DNA from: a virus
Strand: one strand, 5' to 3'
Length of the DNA: 64,000 bases
Virus record (IMG/VR): IMGVR_UViG_3300017824_001452
Under the pieces are notes generated by a model. That model searched no databases. It saw only the letters and a list, made by a program, of their open reading frames with translations, and was not told where the DNA came from. How positions within the stretch are numbered: the first letter of the stretch is position 1; each line of letters starts with the position of its first letter. A program made the translations under genes and the position numbers. This document shows positions 28,980 through 40,300 of the stretch, piece by piece.

Positions 28980-29348
28980 ATGTCTCAATCAACAATCCTT
29001 ACATTATTACCACAAACTACATATGACAATGATGGCACGGCTCAGCCTTACGATGTAACAGGTAATGCTGTACAGGGCGCCGCATATTATTTAGGAAATC
29101 AAGACCTACAAACATTATCATATAATTTTTCAGAAGTCACAGGGAATTTAGTAATTGAAGCCGCACTTTCTAATCCTCCCGGAGACAATGACTGGTTCAA
29201 AATTTTTGAAACAGAAGCAAACAATGCCGCTAATCTTAATGCAAACACTAGTTCTTATACAAACTTATCAGGTAACTTTGTTTATTTGAGAGCAAAAATA
29301 GAAGATTTTGCAAATGGTGTTGTTCAATACGTAAAAGTAAGTTACTAA
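28980..29348 (+). CDS. Hypothetical beta-rich protein, probably virion-associated
   Basis: 122 aa (DWF, NLSGNFVYLRAKI), in a late operon. Confidence 0.6.
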   Translation: MSQSTILTLLPQTTYDNDGTAQPYDVTGNAVQGAAYYLGNQDLQTLSYNFSEVTGNLVIEAALSNPPGDNDWFKIFETEANNAANLNANTSSYTNLSGNFVYLRAKIEDFANGVVQYVKVSY

Positions 29349-29349
29349 C

Positions 29350-31506
29350 ATGGCAAATATTGTTATTATGCCAGGTGGATTTCACCCATTTCATGCAGGG
29401 CATGCCGCACTTTACAACTCTATAAAAGAGAAGTATGGTAAAGGCTCTGACATCTATGTGGCCGCTAGTAACAATCAAAAAGAACGACCCTTCCCATTTG
29501 AAATTAAAGAAAAATTAGCACAACTTTCAGGTGTACAACCAGGTGAGTTTGTGCAAGTTAAATCTCCGTTTGTACCAACAGAAATCACAAACAAGTATGA
29601 TCCAGACAAAGACACGATTGTTTTTGTACGAAGTGAAAAAGATAAAAATGAATACCCAAAGCCCGGGGCAGTTAAGAAAGACGGATCACCGGGATACTTT
29701 CAACATATAGATACAGCAAAAAGAGGTGCACAACCTTTTAGTAAAGTAGGCTATATGGATTACTTACCAGTTAAAGAATTTGCAGGTATTACTAGTGCTA
29801 CACAAATCAGAGATACGTGGCCTAGTCTTAATGATGATCAACGTGAAGAATTTGTAACACACATTTATCCTAATATAAAAGGCAACGACAAACTAATTAA
29901 GAATGTAGTTAAGTTATTAAGTAAAGGAATGTCCTTAAATGAAGGACTAGCATATATTGATAAAGATGGTAACAGAGTTGATTATACAAGACCTGACTTA
30001 CCCACAGACATTGAAAATTTAGTCATTGATTGGTTTAATGACAGAGACAAATACACTAAGGCAACTTTACAATCTAAAGGATATAAAGTAGACGTTGATG
30101 ATAAGTTCAACAACATTGATATTACAGACAAAAGAGGTAGAAAATATACTGTGTCTACAGACGATGCAATGTCTAAACTTATACAACAAGCATATGCAGA
30201 ACCAATGACTGAAGACAAGAACGATACATTACTTGATACAAAACGTGCAAGAGCAATACTTCAACTTTATACAAGAACAAACGGGTTTGATTTAAGAAAA
30301 ATCATATCAAGCCGTAAACGTGGCGGCGGCACTAACGAAAGAATAATGACAGTAATGCTTAGACCGGACTCTAAGACTTTCAGTAGAGACGATATAGATA
30401 ATCTTTCCGATGAACTTCAAAGAAGATTTAGTGTTACAGTTCCTAGAATGACTATTACAGGTAACGGTAGTTATCTTAATCTAAATCCTGTTGTAGTTAC
30501 AAAAGTAAATGAAGCATTTGTTGACCCAGATCAATCAAAGCAATATTGGAACCACGATGCACAAAAAGTAGGCGTCGGTGGACAAATAGAGTTTCCACTT
30601 ACTGACACACCAAACTTAAATGGCAGAAGACAAGGCTTCAATGAAGGTGAAGAAAGAAGTGATATCGAAACTGCCGCTTATGAATGGTTGCTAGATTATA
30701 AAAGTAAAAATCCTGAAGCAGACTATGAAAAACTGTATTCAGTATTAAAAAATGTTAGCCACGATGATCTTGGTACACAAGAATTAGATTATTTTATAGG
30801 AGAACCATTAGGCTTGAACATGGACAACAAGAATTTAATTGTTGATGCTGTTCTTGCTCAAATGACAGAAGGCGTGCGTAGATACAGATACGAAGAAAGC
30901 ATAGAAAAGATTCGTAACATGATTAAAGAGTCAAGTGACGAACAGAAATCTAAGTCCACAGATTTACATCGCAAACTGTTTGAACTTATGGAAGAAGAAA
31001 AAAACAACGTTGTTAAACTCCGAGGTTTTGGTAGAGAACAAGATAAAAAAGTACCTGATTTAAACATAGTTAGAAAAGAAAAAGAAAAAGAACAACAAAG
31101 AAATCAAGGCGAGTACGATAAGAAAAGACAACAGCAACTTGCATACTTAAGAAAGATACAAGAAGTCTTATTTGAATTGCATGAAGAATTTGCACAGATG
31201 GAACAGTTAGGTCTTTTACCTATCGAAATGAAACAAAACTTTGAAAACGTAAAAGAACTAATTAACTTTGTAGAGAACTATAGTGCTGATGATTTCCCCT
31301 TCACTGATGATGACGGGAACTTACTTGAATCATTGCATGTGAAGACTCTGCAACTTAAAGAATATTTTGGTGGTTGGAGAGACAGACAAGCACCTAGAAC
31401 ATTAAGAAACGATAAGCCAAAACTATCCCCATTAACAAACGTAAATAATGCATTTTGGAACACGATTGATTTGTCCGAAACCGCTGATTATATCGAAGAA
31501 AAATAA
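29350..31506 (+). CDS. HxGH nucleotidyltransferase (cytidylyltransferase-like) fused to a modular C-terminal polyprotein
   Basis: PGGFHPFHAGH and ITSATQIR, followed by modules separated by LNE/MTE/VNE/FNE/IKE/LLE sites. Confidence 0.75.
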   Translation: MANIVIMPGGFHPFHAGHAALYNSIKEKYGKGSDIYVAASNNQKERPFPFEIKEKLAQLSGVQPGEFVQVKSPFVPTEITNKYDPDKDTIVFVRSEKDKNEYPKPGAVKKDGSPGYFQHIDTAKRGAQPFSKVGYMDYLPVKEFAGITSATQIRDTWPSLNDDQREEFVTHIYPNIKGNDKLIKNVVKLLSKGMSLNEGLAYIDKDGNRVDYTRPDLPTDIENLVIDWFNDRDKYTKATLQSKGYKVDVDDKFNNIDITDKRGRKYTVSTDDAMSKLIQQAYAEPMTEDKNDTLLDTKRARAILQLYTRTNGFDLRKIISSRKRGGGTNERIMTVMLRPDSKTFSRDDIDNLSDELQRRFSVTVPRMTITGNGSYLNLNPVVVTKVNEAFVDPDQSKQYWNHDAQKVGVGGQIEFPLTDTPNLNGRRQGFNEGEERSDIETAAYEWLLDYKSKNPEADYEKLYSVLKNVSHDDLGTQELDYFIGEPLGLNMDNKNLIVDAVLAQMTEGVRRYRYEESIEKIRNMIKESSDEQKSKSTDLHRKLFELMEEEKNNVVKLRGFGREQDKKVPDLNIVRKEKEKEQQRNQGEYDKKRQQQLAYLRKIQEVLFELHEEFAQMEQLGLLPIEMKQNFENVKELINFVENYSADDFPFTDDDGNLLESLHVKTLQLKEYFGGWRDRQAPRTLRNDKPKLSPLTNVNNAFWNTIDLSETADYIEEK

Positions 31507-31582
31507 TTCGAGCAGGCATTCCTACAGTAAATAATAGTAGTTATATACAAGCAACTACATTTATTATTAGGAGTTATTAACA

Positions 31583-32536
31583 ATGGCAAGTCGCAAAAAA
31601 CCCGCCCCTAAGAAGGCAACAAAAGCAACAACAAAGAAAAAAGAAGAGGCTAATATTCCATTAGAAAAACTGGAAGAAGCCGTTGAAGAAATTAATGATA
31701 GTCCGCCTCCGGCGCCACAAGACGGACAAGTTCAAGTAAACGTAGACTTTTTGCGTACAACAAAAGTTCATATTGCAATGCCATGTTATGGTGGTATGTT
31801 GACTGAATCTACATTTATGTCATTTATCAAGTGGGCAAACACTGCTCGTCAGTTAAACATTGACTGGACACTTGAAACAATGGTTAATGAGTCGTTGATT
31901 AGTAGAGCAAGAAACACACTAACAGCAAAATTTTTACATATGCCTGATGCTACTCACTTGATGTTTGTTGACGCAGACATTGGTTGGGAGCCATGGCACT
32001 TACTAGTATTACTCAATAGAGACGTTGATGTCATCGGTGGATTATATCCAATGAAAACTATGCCGATCAAGTGGGTAGTAAACGGATTCGAAGGTGCTGA
32101 AGAAGGACCAGACGGATTCCAAGAAGTATCTAAAGCAGGTACAGGTTTCTTATTGATTAAGAAAGGTGTGTTTGAGCAAATGAACAGTCATCCTGCTGTG
32201 AAGCAATACAAAAATGATATTGGCTTAGACCCTGTTTACGATCAATATCTAAAAACTTATTTTGACACTGCTGTCAGACAAAATCGTTACTATTCAGAAG
32301 ATTGGACTTTCTGTGAAAATTGGCGTGACATCGGTGGAAAAATATATGTCGATAAAAGAGTCTTGTTAAGACATTCAGGATCATATGTATTCTGCATGGA
32401 AAATCAACAATTCTTACTTGACAACATCGGACCTATGTATGTTCAACAAGAAGAACAAAAGAAAGCCGCAGGTCTGAATTCAGATTTAACTCCTAATGAA
32501 GACGGTAACGTCACATTAGATGTTAATGCTCCGTAA
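31583..32536 (+). CDS. GT-A fold glycosyltransferase-like protein
   Basis: IAMPCYGG, SLISRARN, MFVDADI (DxD), GTGFLLI and SEDWTFC. Confidence 0.75.
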   Translation: MASRKKPAPKKATKATTKKKEEANIPLEKLEEAVEEINDSPPPAPQDGQVQVNVDFLRTTKVHIAMPCYGGMLTESTFMSFIKWANTARQLNIDWTLETMVNESLISRARNTLTAKFLHMPDATHLMFVDADIGWEPWHLLVLLNRDVDVIGGLYPMKTMPIKWVVNGFEGAEEGPDGFQEVSKAGTGFLLIKKGVFEQMNSHPAVKQYKNDIGLDPVYDQYLKTYFDTAVRQNRYYSEDWTFCENWRDIGGKIYVDKRVLLRHSGSYVFCMENQQFLLDNIGPMYVQQEEQKKAAGLNSDLTPNEDGNVTLDVNAP

Positions 32537-32563
32537 ATATAGATCCTAACTATATAACTAAGT

Positions 32564-32591
32564 AAATGCCCCTCTCCCAAGGGGCATTTTT
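32564..32591 (+). terminator. Rho-independent terminator
   Basis: aaatgcccct-ctccca-aggggcattttt. Confidence 0.8.
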
Positions 32592-32646
32592 CCTTGTGTA
32601 TTCCTCTTTATTGATAAATACTTATATTAACAAAGGATTGATATCA

Positions 32647-33303
32647 ATGAAGTTTAACGAAATAACCGAAAATGCATCCGCAGGCGCAACAGGCGCTGGA
32701 TCAGTTTCATCCGTATCATCGCCGATGGGCACACAATCACGCAATCCTAGCATTTACGGCGGTAAAAAAGCAGGAAACTTATTGACAGGTAAACGTTCAA
32801 AGGGCAAATATGCTAATTCTGTTGATGCACGTAAACAAACCAATAAAGTTAATGAAGCAAAAGTTGATGAAGCGGAAGTTTCAGAAGCAGAAGTTCTTGT
32901 AGTTAAAGGCGCAAAGCCACGTGATCGCAAATCGGGATTTGTTAAACATGGTGAAAGCAGAGTAGACCACGAAGTCAAAATGGCTAAGGCTGATTTATTT
33001 GCAACTGCTAAAAACGCACAAGAAATTATGATGTATCTTAAAGATAGATCAGAAGAAGAAGGTATTAAGGGTTGGATGCAGTCTTACATTACACTAGCAA
33101 ACGACTATCTCAATTCAGTCAAAGAATCAATTCAATATGAAATGCAAATGCATGAAGATCAAGTTGCCGCATATGGCAACGGAGAAGATGATCGTTATCA
33201 TGTAAATAAATTAGACATGGAGCCATATGGTGAACCTAGTTCAAGTTACCCAGGTGGAACATTGACAGGTACGAACTTGGCAGAAGACGGGGACAAACAA
33301 TGA
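32647..33303 (+). CDS. Putative internal head protein (modular)
   Basis: Start corrected to ATG 32647 (promoter 32613-32620, aagga RBS). MKFNEITE N-terminus; VNE/VDE/VSE sites; DHEVKMAK module. Confidence 0.65.
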   Translation: MKFNEITENASAGATGAGSVSSVSSPMGTQSRNPSIYGGKKAGNLLTGKRSKGKYANSVDARKQTNKVNEAKVDEAEVSEAEVLVVKGAKPRDRKSGFVKHGESRVDHEVKMAKADLFATAKNAQEIMMYLKDRSEEEGIKGWMQSYITLANDYLNSVKESIQYEMQMHEDQVAAYGNGEDDRYHVNKLDMEPYGEPSSSYPGGTLTGTNLAEDGDKQ

Positions 33304-35420
33304 GTTCGATATTACGTGGACTAAATGAAAACAATGAACTGTTAAGTGAAGATAAAGTAGCATTAGCCGAATTAGACAAGGCGGCATTTGAAGCAGAACA
33401 AGCACTTAAGAGTGTAGATCAAGTAACTAAAAACATCAAGTATGGCACTGACACTACAGAAATTATTGTAGGTGTACAGAGTATTGCAGATACTTTAAAA
33501 GGCTTTGATCATAAAGAACTTAACTATTACGAAGATAAAGTTAGAGAAGCAAACAACAATTTAGAATCTGCTGTATACGGTTTAAGAGAACCTTTCAATG
33601 ACCTTGCACGTGATTTACGTTTAAAACATGATGAACTTGAAATGGATTTAGAAGACATAGACGAAGGTCAACGTTGCTGGAAAGGCTACAAAAAGCAAGG
33701 CACTAAAAAGATGTTTGGCAAGACTGTTAACAATTGTGTCAAAGCAGATGAATCTACAGACAAAGATTTAGCAGATAGAGTAAGGGACAGGCAACAACAA
33801 TTTAAAAGGGATTCCACAGGCGACTTCTGGGACCACGTGGTAGTGAGGAAAGGTTTTTCTGGATTAGATAAAGAAAAAGAAGAACGACCTCTTACTTGGC
33901 AGCAAAGGCAGGAGCTGAAACAACTGTTCCCAACAGAATCCGAAGATGCGACTCGACAGGGTAAACTATTCGCCCGAGGATCCGCAGGCGAGGGAAACAT
34001 CAGTAACAGACCAACCCCACCAGAATATACAACAATGGTACCTAAAAAGATAAGAACTCCCGGCATTTATGGCAAATCTTATGATGGACAGATGAAAGGA
34101 CATGCTCTGCTAAAATCTTTTATCGAAGACGGTTTAACTGATGAGGAAATTATAAGTCTTATAAGTGATATCGAACCTGGCGAAAATAAATCGAAACTTG
34201 CCTACAGGCGGGCGGGGTCGTACATGTGGCCGTCACGGCGACCAGAGGGGTATGACTCGGAGGAAGAAACAACAACAACTAACACCCTTCACGGTGCTCG
34301 ACTAGCAGATCAAGTAAGAGAAATACTACCATTAATGAGGAAAAAACTAGATCCACTTCAAGCCTGGCCAATGGGACCCATTACCCAAGAATCAGAAGAA
34401 GTAGACGAAGGAATGTATGACCAAGATGCATTTGATGCAATCTTTAAAGACAGAAAACAACCAAAAAAATCAAAAACTACTCCTCAAGATATAGGAATGT
34501 ATAATCAACCTAGGCAGGATGACAAAAAATCAAACAAAGATAAAAAATTAGATGAGTTTCAAAGAGGTTCATTTGATGATGACAAACCTAAAAGACCTAG
34601 CAAAGGTAAACTTGTAACTAAAGATGGTATGCCAGTTACTCTGCCTTTAAGAACACAAGATTTCAGAGGTGACCCAATTGTAATTGTAGATTACATTCCA
34701 CCTCATAAGCCAAGTTCAACAGGTAGAATTGTTACTGATGATGGCATGACCTATTTTCCCGGTGTTGCAGATTTAAAAATTATCGGACATCAATTTGATG
34801 TTGATGAAGGACTTGCAGGTGCAGCCTCAGGTGCATACTTAGGTAGCAAAATAGCCGGGATTCCCGGAGCAGTAGCAGGCGGCGTCTTAGGACATCAAGC
34901 AACTAAAGAAGGCAAAAAGTCACGTATTGGTTCAGTAATGGAAATGTATGATGACTATCTCTTTTTAATTTACATTAATGGTAAATTAGCGGCAGAGACG
35001 CCAATCGAAAAGAAGCAAAAGAATCAATATGAAAGAGTTATTAAACAAGCATTACCAGATGCAGAAGTTACATTCAAACCAACTCCAAGACATTACTATA
35101 GTGCAGAACAACTTTCGGAAGGATCAGGAAAGATTCGTGCAGGTATAGCAGGCATATTATTATTAGCCGGTTTGTTAGGTATAAACAATCATCAAGCACA
35201 AAAAGTATATGAAAAGTCACATCAGTTACAGCAATTAACACAAGTTTATATGGTTGCAAAAGAAAGAGGTGACGAAGCAAAAATGAAAGAGGTCAAGAGA
35301 CGAATAGGTAATCACAAAATGAGACTTGACTTAGGTAAAGGCGATGTTGATTTTGACGGCCTGCCAGGAAAAGATGATATTAAAGACATCGATTATATTA
35401 ATACCCCCGGAGAAAAATAA
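33300..35420 (+). CDS. Putative internal head polyprotein (modular, 706 aa)
   Basis: LNE/LSE/IDE/VDE/LDE sites separate the modules. It has a CWKGY...NCVK module, a glycine zipper and a TM-like segment. Confidence 0.6.
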   Translation: MSSILRGLNENNELLSEDKVALAELDKAAFEAEQALKSVDQVTKNIKYGTDTTEIIVGVQSIADTLKGFDHKELNYYEDKVREANNNLESAVYGLREPFNDLARDLRLKHDELEMDLEDIDEGQRCWKGYKKQGTKKMFGKTVNNCVKADESTDKDLADRVRDRQQQFKRDSTGDFWDHVVVRKGFSGLDKEKEERPLTWQQRQELKQLFPTESEDATRQGKLFARGSAGEGNISNRPTPPEYTTMVPKKIRTPGIYGKSYDGQMKGHALLKSFIEDGLTDEEIISLISDIEPGENKSKLAYRRAGSYMWPSRRPEGYDSEEETTTTNTLHGARLADQVREILPLMRKKLDPLQAWPMGPITQESEEVDEGMYDQDAFDAIFKDRKQPKKSKTTPQDIGMYNQPRQDDKKSNKDKKLDEFQRGSFDDDKPKRPSKGKLVTKDGMPVTLPLRTQDFRGDPIVIVDYIPPHKPSSTGRIVTDDGMTYFPGVADLKIIGHQFDVDEGLAGAASGAYLGSKIAGIPGAVAGGVLGHQATKEGKKSRIGSVMEMYDDYLFLIYINGKLAAETPIEKKQKNQYERVIKQALPDAEVTFKPTPRHYYSAEQLSEGSGKIRAGIAGILLLAGLLGINNHQAQKVYEKSHQLQQLTQVYMVAKERGDEAKMKEVKRRIGNHKMRLDLGKGDVDFDGLPGKDDIKDIDYINTPGEK

Positions 35421-35830
35421 TGGAAGTAAATATTGAAACACTTGACGATCTTTTAAAAAATGCTATCGAATCTGACGATGCATCCGAACACGTAGTTCCG
35501 CTCAATGAAGAATGTGTGTTTTCTAATGGTGTGTACTTTGAAGACTTTATTACAAAAGCATCAGTTAACGTAACTGTATTAGAACATTATCCTTTAGATG
35601 AAGAAGTTGCAATCGATAAATGGTTTATTGAATTACATTGTGATGATGCAGTATTTTCTAAAGAAGTATCTACTGGAGAAGAAGTATCTTTGGTATATGA
35701 CGCAACACCTCCCGCAGTTGAAGAAGGTGTCGAACCTATTATTTCAACAGGCGCCGGCATGTTTACTCTTAACATTGTTGGTTACGGTGAACAACACAAA
35801 AATACTAGTTTAAAAATTAGGCTATCATAA
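35420..35830 (+). CDS. Hypothetical acidic protein
   Basis: 136-aa coupled ORF with a ggag RBS. Confidence 0.55.
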   Translation: MEVNIETLDDLLKNAIESDDASEHVVPLNEECVFSNGVYFEDFITKASVNVTVLEHYPLDEEVAIDKWFIELHCDDAVFSKEVSTGEEVSLVYDATPPAVEEGVEPIISTGAGMFTLNIVGYGEQHKNTSLKIRLS

Positions 35831-35842
35831 CCCTGTTATCTT

Positions 35843-36847
35843 ATGCGATTACGTGAATTGCAAGAAGGTATGGGAGCATCAGCAGGCGGAGGAACACCCG
35901 GATCTGCTGGAGCAGGTGGTTCATCATTAGGTCTCCCCTATCCATCAACATACGAAGAAGAAAACGATAAGTTCAAATATCGTGGTCCCCAAAAAACTGT
36001 GGCTATGACAACCGAAGAACAAGGGGAAATGTTTACGGATCATCAAAAGATGCAAGAGATGATGAACGACAAAGATTGGCCAGCAGACTTGCAAGAAGAA
36101 GTTCTAAAAAAATATGTCAATAACCCTGAAGAGGGAGAAAACTTCATTGCAGATATGGAGTATAAAGGTATAAGACGATTAAGTAATTACGGTCTTTTAC
36201 AAAATACAGAAAACTTAGAGTTATTAACAAGACTACCGCAAAACGTTATAGATAAAATTAACGAGACATGGCAAATGTCTATTCCTAAAACAAAAGCAAC
36301 TTCAGTATCTGATTTAGGATACGAAAAATATATTATGCAATATGGTTTTCTTACAAAACCAGCAGTAGCAATGGATGCAGATATAATAATGGGTTCAGAA
36401 AAATGGGTTGCCAGTGTCATTAACGGTGAGAAAGCAAAAGCCTGTCATATTATAACACCTATAGGACCAGGTGTCAAGTCTAATACACCTGATAATAGTT
36501 TAGCACCCGCGAGACAAAAAGAACTAGCATTCGTTGAAGGCAAGCATTGGGCTAGAAATGATCTGCCACAACTCAATATTGATGATCTTAAAGACGAAGA
36601 TATTGAAGAAAAACATGTACGATTTGAAAGGCTAAAACCTGTACAGACAGAACGTGTAAAAGGTCTTGTAAAAAAGACTCTTAAGATGTTAAAGAAAGGT
36701 AAACATAAACCTATAGTCATTGATAAACTTGGTTATATTGTAAATGGTCATCATAGATATGATGCGTATCAAAAATTAGGGGCATCATACGTTCCTGTTA
36801 TTAAGGTAAATGCAACCATCGAAGAACTAATCGATAAATACATGTAA
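35843..36847 (+). CDS. ParB/sulfiredoxin-domain protein with CTS-like N-terminus
   Basis: C-terminal LKPVQ...KPIVID...IVNGHHRYDA; MRLRELQE N-terminus. Confidence 0.75.
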   Translation: MRLRELQEGMGASAGGGTPGSAGAGGSSLGLPYPSTYEEENDKFKYRGPQKTVAMTTEEQGEMFTDHQKMQEMMNDKDWPADLQEEVLKKYVNNPEEGENFIADMEYKGIRRLSNYGLLQNTENLELLTRLPQNVIDKINETWQMSIPKTKATSVSDLGYEKYIMQYGFLTKPAVAMDADIIMGSEKWVASVINGEKAKACHIITPIGPGVKSNTPDNSLAPARQKELAFVEGKHWARNDLPQLNIDDLKDEDIEEKHVRFERLKPVQTERVKGLVKKTLKMLKKGKHKPIVIDKLGYIVNGHHRYDAYQKLGASYVPVIKVNATIEELIDKYM

Positions 36848-36861
36848 CAGGAACAATTATA

Positions 36862-37305
36862 ATGCTCTCAGAGAACCTTAAAATACTATTAGCAACTTCT
36901 TATGCTTTTGTCATTAAAGCACAAAACTTTCATTGGAATATCGAAGGTTCTAACTTTCCACAATATCACAAATTTTTTGATGATTTAAATAACGAAGTCT
37001 ATGAAAACGCAATCGATAGAACTGCGGAATACATTCGTACATTAGAAGCATATACTCCTGGTTCTATTGGACGTTATGCAGAACTGTCATTAATACCTGA
37101 TCAAGTAAAAATACCTAGAGCAGAATTAATGTTTGCAGAACTGTATAGAGACAATGAAATCATCCTCGAACACTTAAACACTTGCTACGATTCAGCAGAA
37201 GCAGAAAAACAATATGGTATTTCTAACTTTGTTGCTGAACGTTTAGATGCTCACAATAAACATCAATGGATGATAAGAAGTACACTTAAGACTAACAGGG
37301 AGTAA
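36862..37305 (+). CDS. dps: Dps family DNA-protecting ferritin
   Basis: KAQNFHWNIEG, QYHKFF, DRTAEYIR and HNKHQWMIRS. Confidence 0.92.
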   Translation: MLSENLKILLATSYAFVIKAQNFHWNIEGSNFPQYHKFFDDLNNEVYENAIDRTAEYIRTLEAYTPGSIGRYAELSLIPDQVKIPRAELMFAELYRDNEIILEHLNTCYDSAEAEKQYGISNFVAERLDAHNKHQWMIRSTLKTNRE

Positions 37306-37307
37306 TC

Positions 37308-40300
37308 ATGCTCTCTAGTCATTTTGAAAGCATACTACTAGAATACAAACAAAGCATCACTGCTAAAAAGATGGGTGAAGGCCTTGTCGGCCGTTTTAAT
37401 TTAGATATAATAGATTTTCCTAGTCTGTTGACTCCTAAACTTACAAAAGCATTTGAAACAATGGAGCAACTTGACGTTCAAATAACTGATTTTGAGAATA
37501 AAAAAGAACAGAACGAAATCAAACCCGAAGAACTAGCCAAGTTACAACCTAAAATACAAAAAGCACAAGAACAATATAACATTTTAGAAAATCAAATAGC
37601 CGTTCATATCTTAGAAAAGTTAGAAGCCGCAGACCCTACAAACAATAAAGGTTATGTACAGTGGTTAGCACGATTGTATATCAATGGTGAAACAAGTTTA
37701 GAAGATGTAGAATCTACTATTGCTGATTACTTAGATAAGTTTCATAAATTAAAAATTAAACGTCATTTGTCTAATGCAGACATAGGACAATATAAAGATT
37801 TTGATGCGTTTATGAATGATATGGATCAATATCCTAATGACGTTTTAGATGATGATGAAGCAAAAAACAAAACATATAAAGCAGACAAAATATATGATGA
37901 AAATGGCGTCTTAATTATTCATCCAAAAGACAAAGAAGCGGCATGTCGATATGGTCGCGGAACTCGTTGGTGTACAGCCTCAACACGAGGACACAATTAT
38001 TTTGCTTCATACAATCGTAGAGGACCTCTCTATATATTTGTCCCACGCAAACCAGATCATCCAGGAGAAAAATATCAGTTTCATTTTGAAGACAACGTAG
38101 TTGCAGACGAAACAGATGCTTATTTGGATCAGGATCAATTAATTCGTTTAGTAAATAGATACCCAGCACTTAAAGATGCCTTTCAACCACAAGCAGAAAA
38201 GTACGGTCTTATATATCTACAAAAACCGAAAAGAGTTATGAAAGGTTCTAACTTTACAGTAGAAGAATACAGAAAAAATGATAAGCCTTTATATTTGATG
38301 TTAGGAGAAATGGATGTAGATGGTGAATATGGCAAACAAGACATATACATGCTATGGAAAAAAGATCCCAATGATGATAACTACCAAATTAAAAAAATCG
38401 GTAATAGTAGATATAGAGATGATACAACATTAAACGTATTAGAACAGCACAAATTAGTTAATAAATATCCTGAACTAATTAGTAAATTTGGATTAAAAAC
38501 AAAACACCTTAAAAAAGATCCTACTCGGAGCCAAACAAAATCGGGTGCTGATATAGAGATGCATGGGACGACCGCTGTTCTTAAAGACAAGCAAGGTCAT
38601 AGCACATCAATAGAACTAAGAGATCCAGACAAGAGCCGGATTGGAGATGATAAACTATTAGTACATACACAGAAAACAAATCCTTTTACATCAAAGGATA
38701 AAAAAGAGATTAGAGATCAGATTAATCCTTTTGAAGTAACGTTAGAACATCCTGAACTTATTGATTTGTATTCTCCTCTATTAGATAAAAAAATTAAACA
38801 TGAGGTCCGGCAACATCATGGTGATGCCAAAGATAAAAGAAAATTTAAAGAAGACTTATATCAAAAATATGCACCTTTAATGCCTTACAAACTATATGAC
38901 AAAGGTGATGTAATAATTAAAAGTCACGTAACTCCAGACGGAAAACCTATCTTAGACTATATAATTACAAAAGATAATGATAAAGAAACAAATGCAATAA
39001 CAGTAGTTTATCGTAATCAACGAGATGGCAATGTTGATAAAATTATACAAGCAGAGCCTAGACCATTATATGATTTAGCAGATGAAGAAGACTATAATCT
39101 GAGAACTCCAGCCGGAGATATCTATGGTAATGCAGAAGAAGAATCTAAATATCAACGTTATTATCAAAGGATGAATGATTCCTTTCGATCATCAAACGCA
39201 TTACCCTTTTTACCTTCAATTTCTATTATAGAAAAATATCCTGGTTTAAAAGAATTATACAAGGACACTTCTTTAGCATCACCTAAAACAAAAGAAGTAT
39301 CAAATGCCAACGTAAAAGATTTTGGAAAAACAAAACGTGAATCAAACAAACGATCATATTATAGAAATGACTGGCATGATACCACAGCAGAAACAATGCG
39401 TAACTTTATTGTTCAACCCAAAGATGCAGAAGAAGGTGAATCATATGCCATTAGTTGGAGTCCAGAAATTCCTCAATTAAGTGAAATTTATCATTCTGCT
39501 TCAGACGGTACTCAGACAAAGATAGGGGACAAGCAAACTAAAAGACATGTTTTAAAAAGTTTTCCTGAAATCAGAGCATTACAAATAAAAGACTGGGATA
39601 AATTTATTAAAAATAATCCTGAGTATGATGTTAAAGAACATGGCGCAGGTGACAGCAGTTATAATGATGATATATTACAAGATTGGAGTTTTTCGCCCAC
39701 AGAGGTTGTTGATAATGATCGTGTAATAGTATCACAGTTCGGACCCAAACAAGGAGACCCCTTCCAACTACCTAGTTTTGAAGTTTTTCCTAAACAAAAA
39801 AATCCATTTGGTAAAGTAGGAGATACATTTTTTATTTACTTAAGTTTAAAAGATTATCGCGGCAAGTCAGGAAAAATTAGTGACATTAGAATAGAACGTA
39901 TCGGGAAAAACACTCATCATTTTGTACCTGTTAATAAATATGGTAGGACTGAAAAACAGGGCAATGAAGATTTTGTACAAGCCGGAGTTCAATTAAGAGA
40001 AAATCAATATAGTTTAGACTCTAAAGAAATTATCGATTTCTTTAAATACTATCCTGAATTAAGAGGAATGATTAAAGATGAAAATGTACATCCTAAAGTT
40101 CCGCATCCAGCACTTGCAAAACAACCAGAAGATTCTTCAGAAAATGTTCAGCAAATGGACGGATTTAAATTAGAAAAACAAACAACAAATGATCCTAACT
40201 TAGACAAATACTTTATTGTACCAGATGAAGAAAAATACCCCGGTGAGTATTATACTATGTTTGAGTATCATCCTTTAAAAACAAATCCATTAGGAAAATC

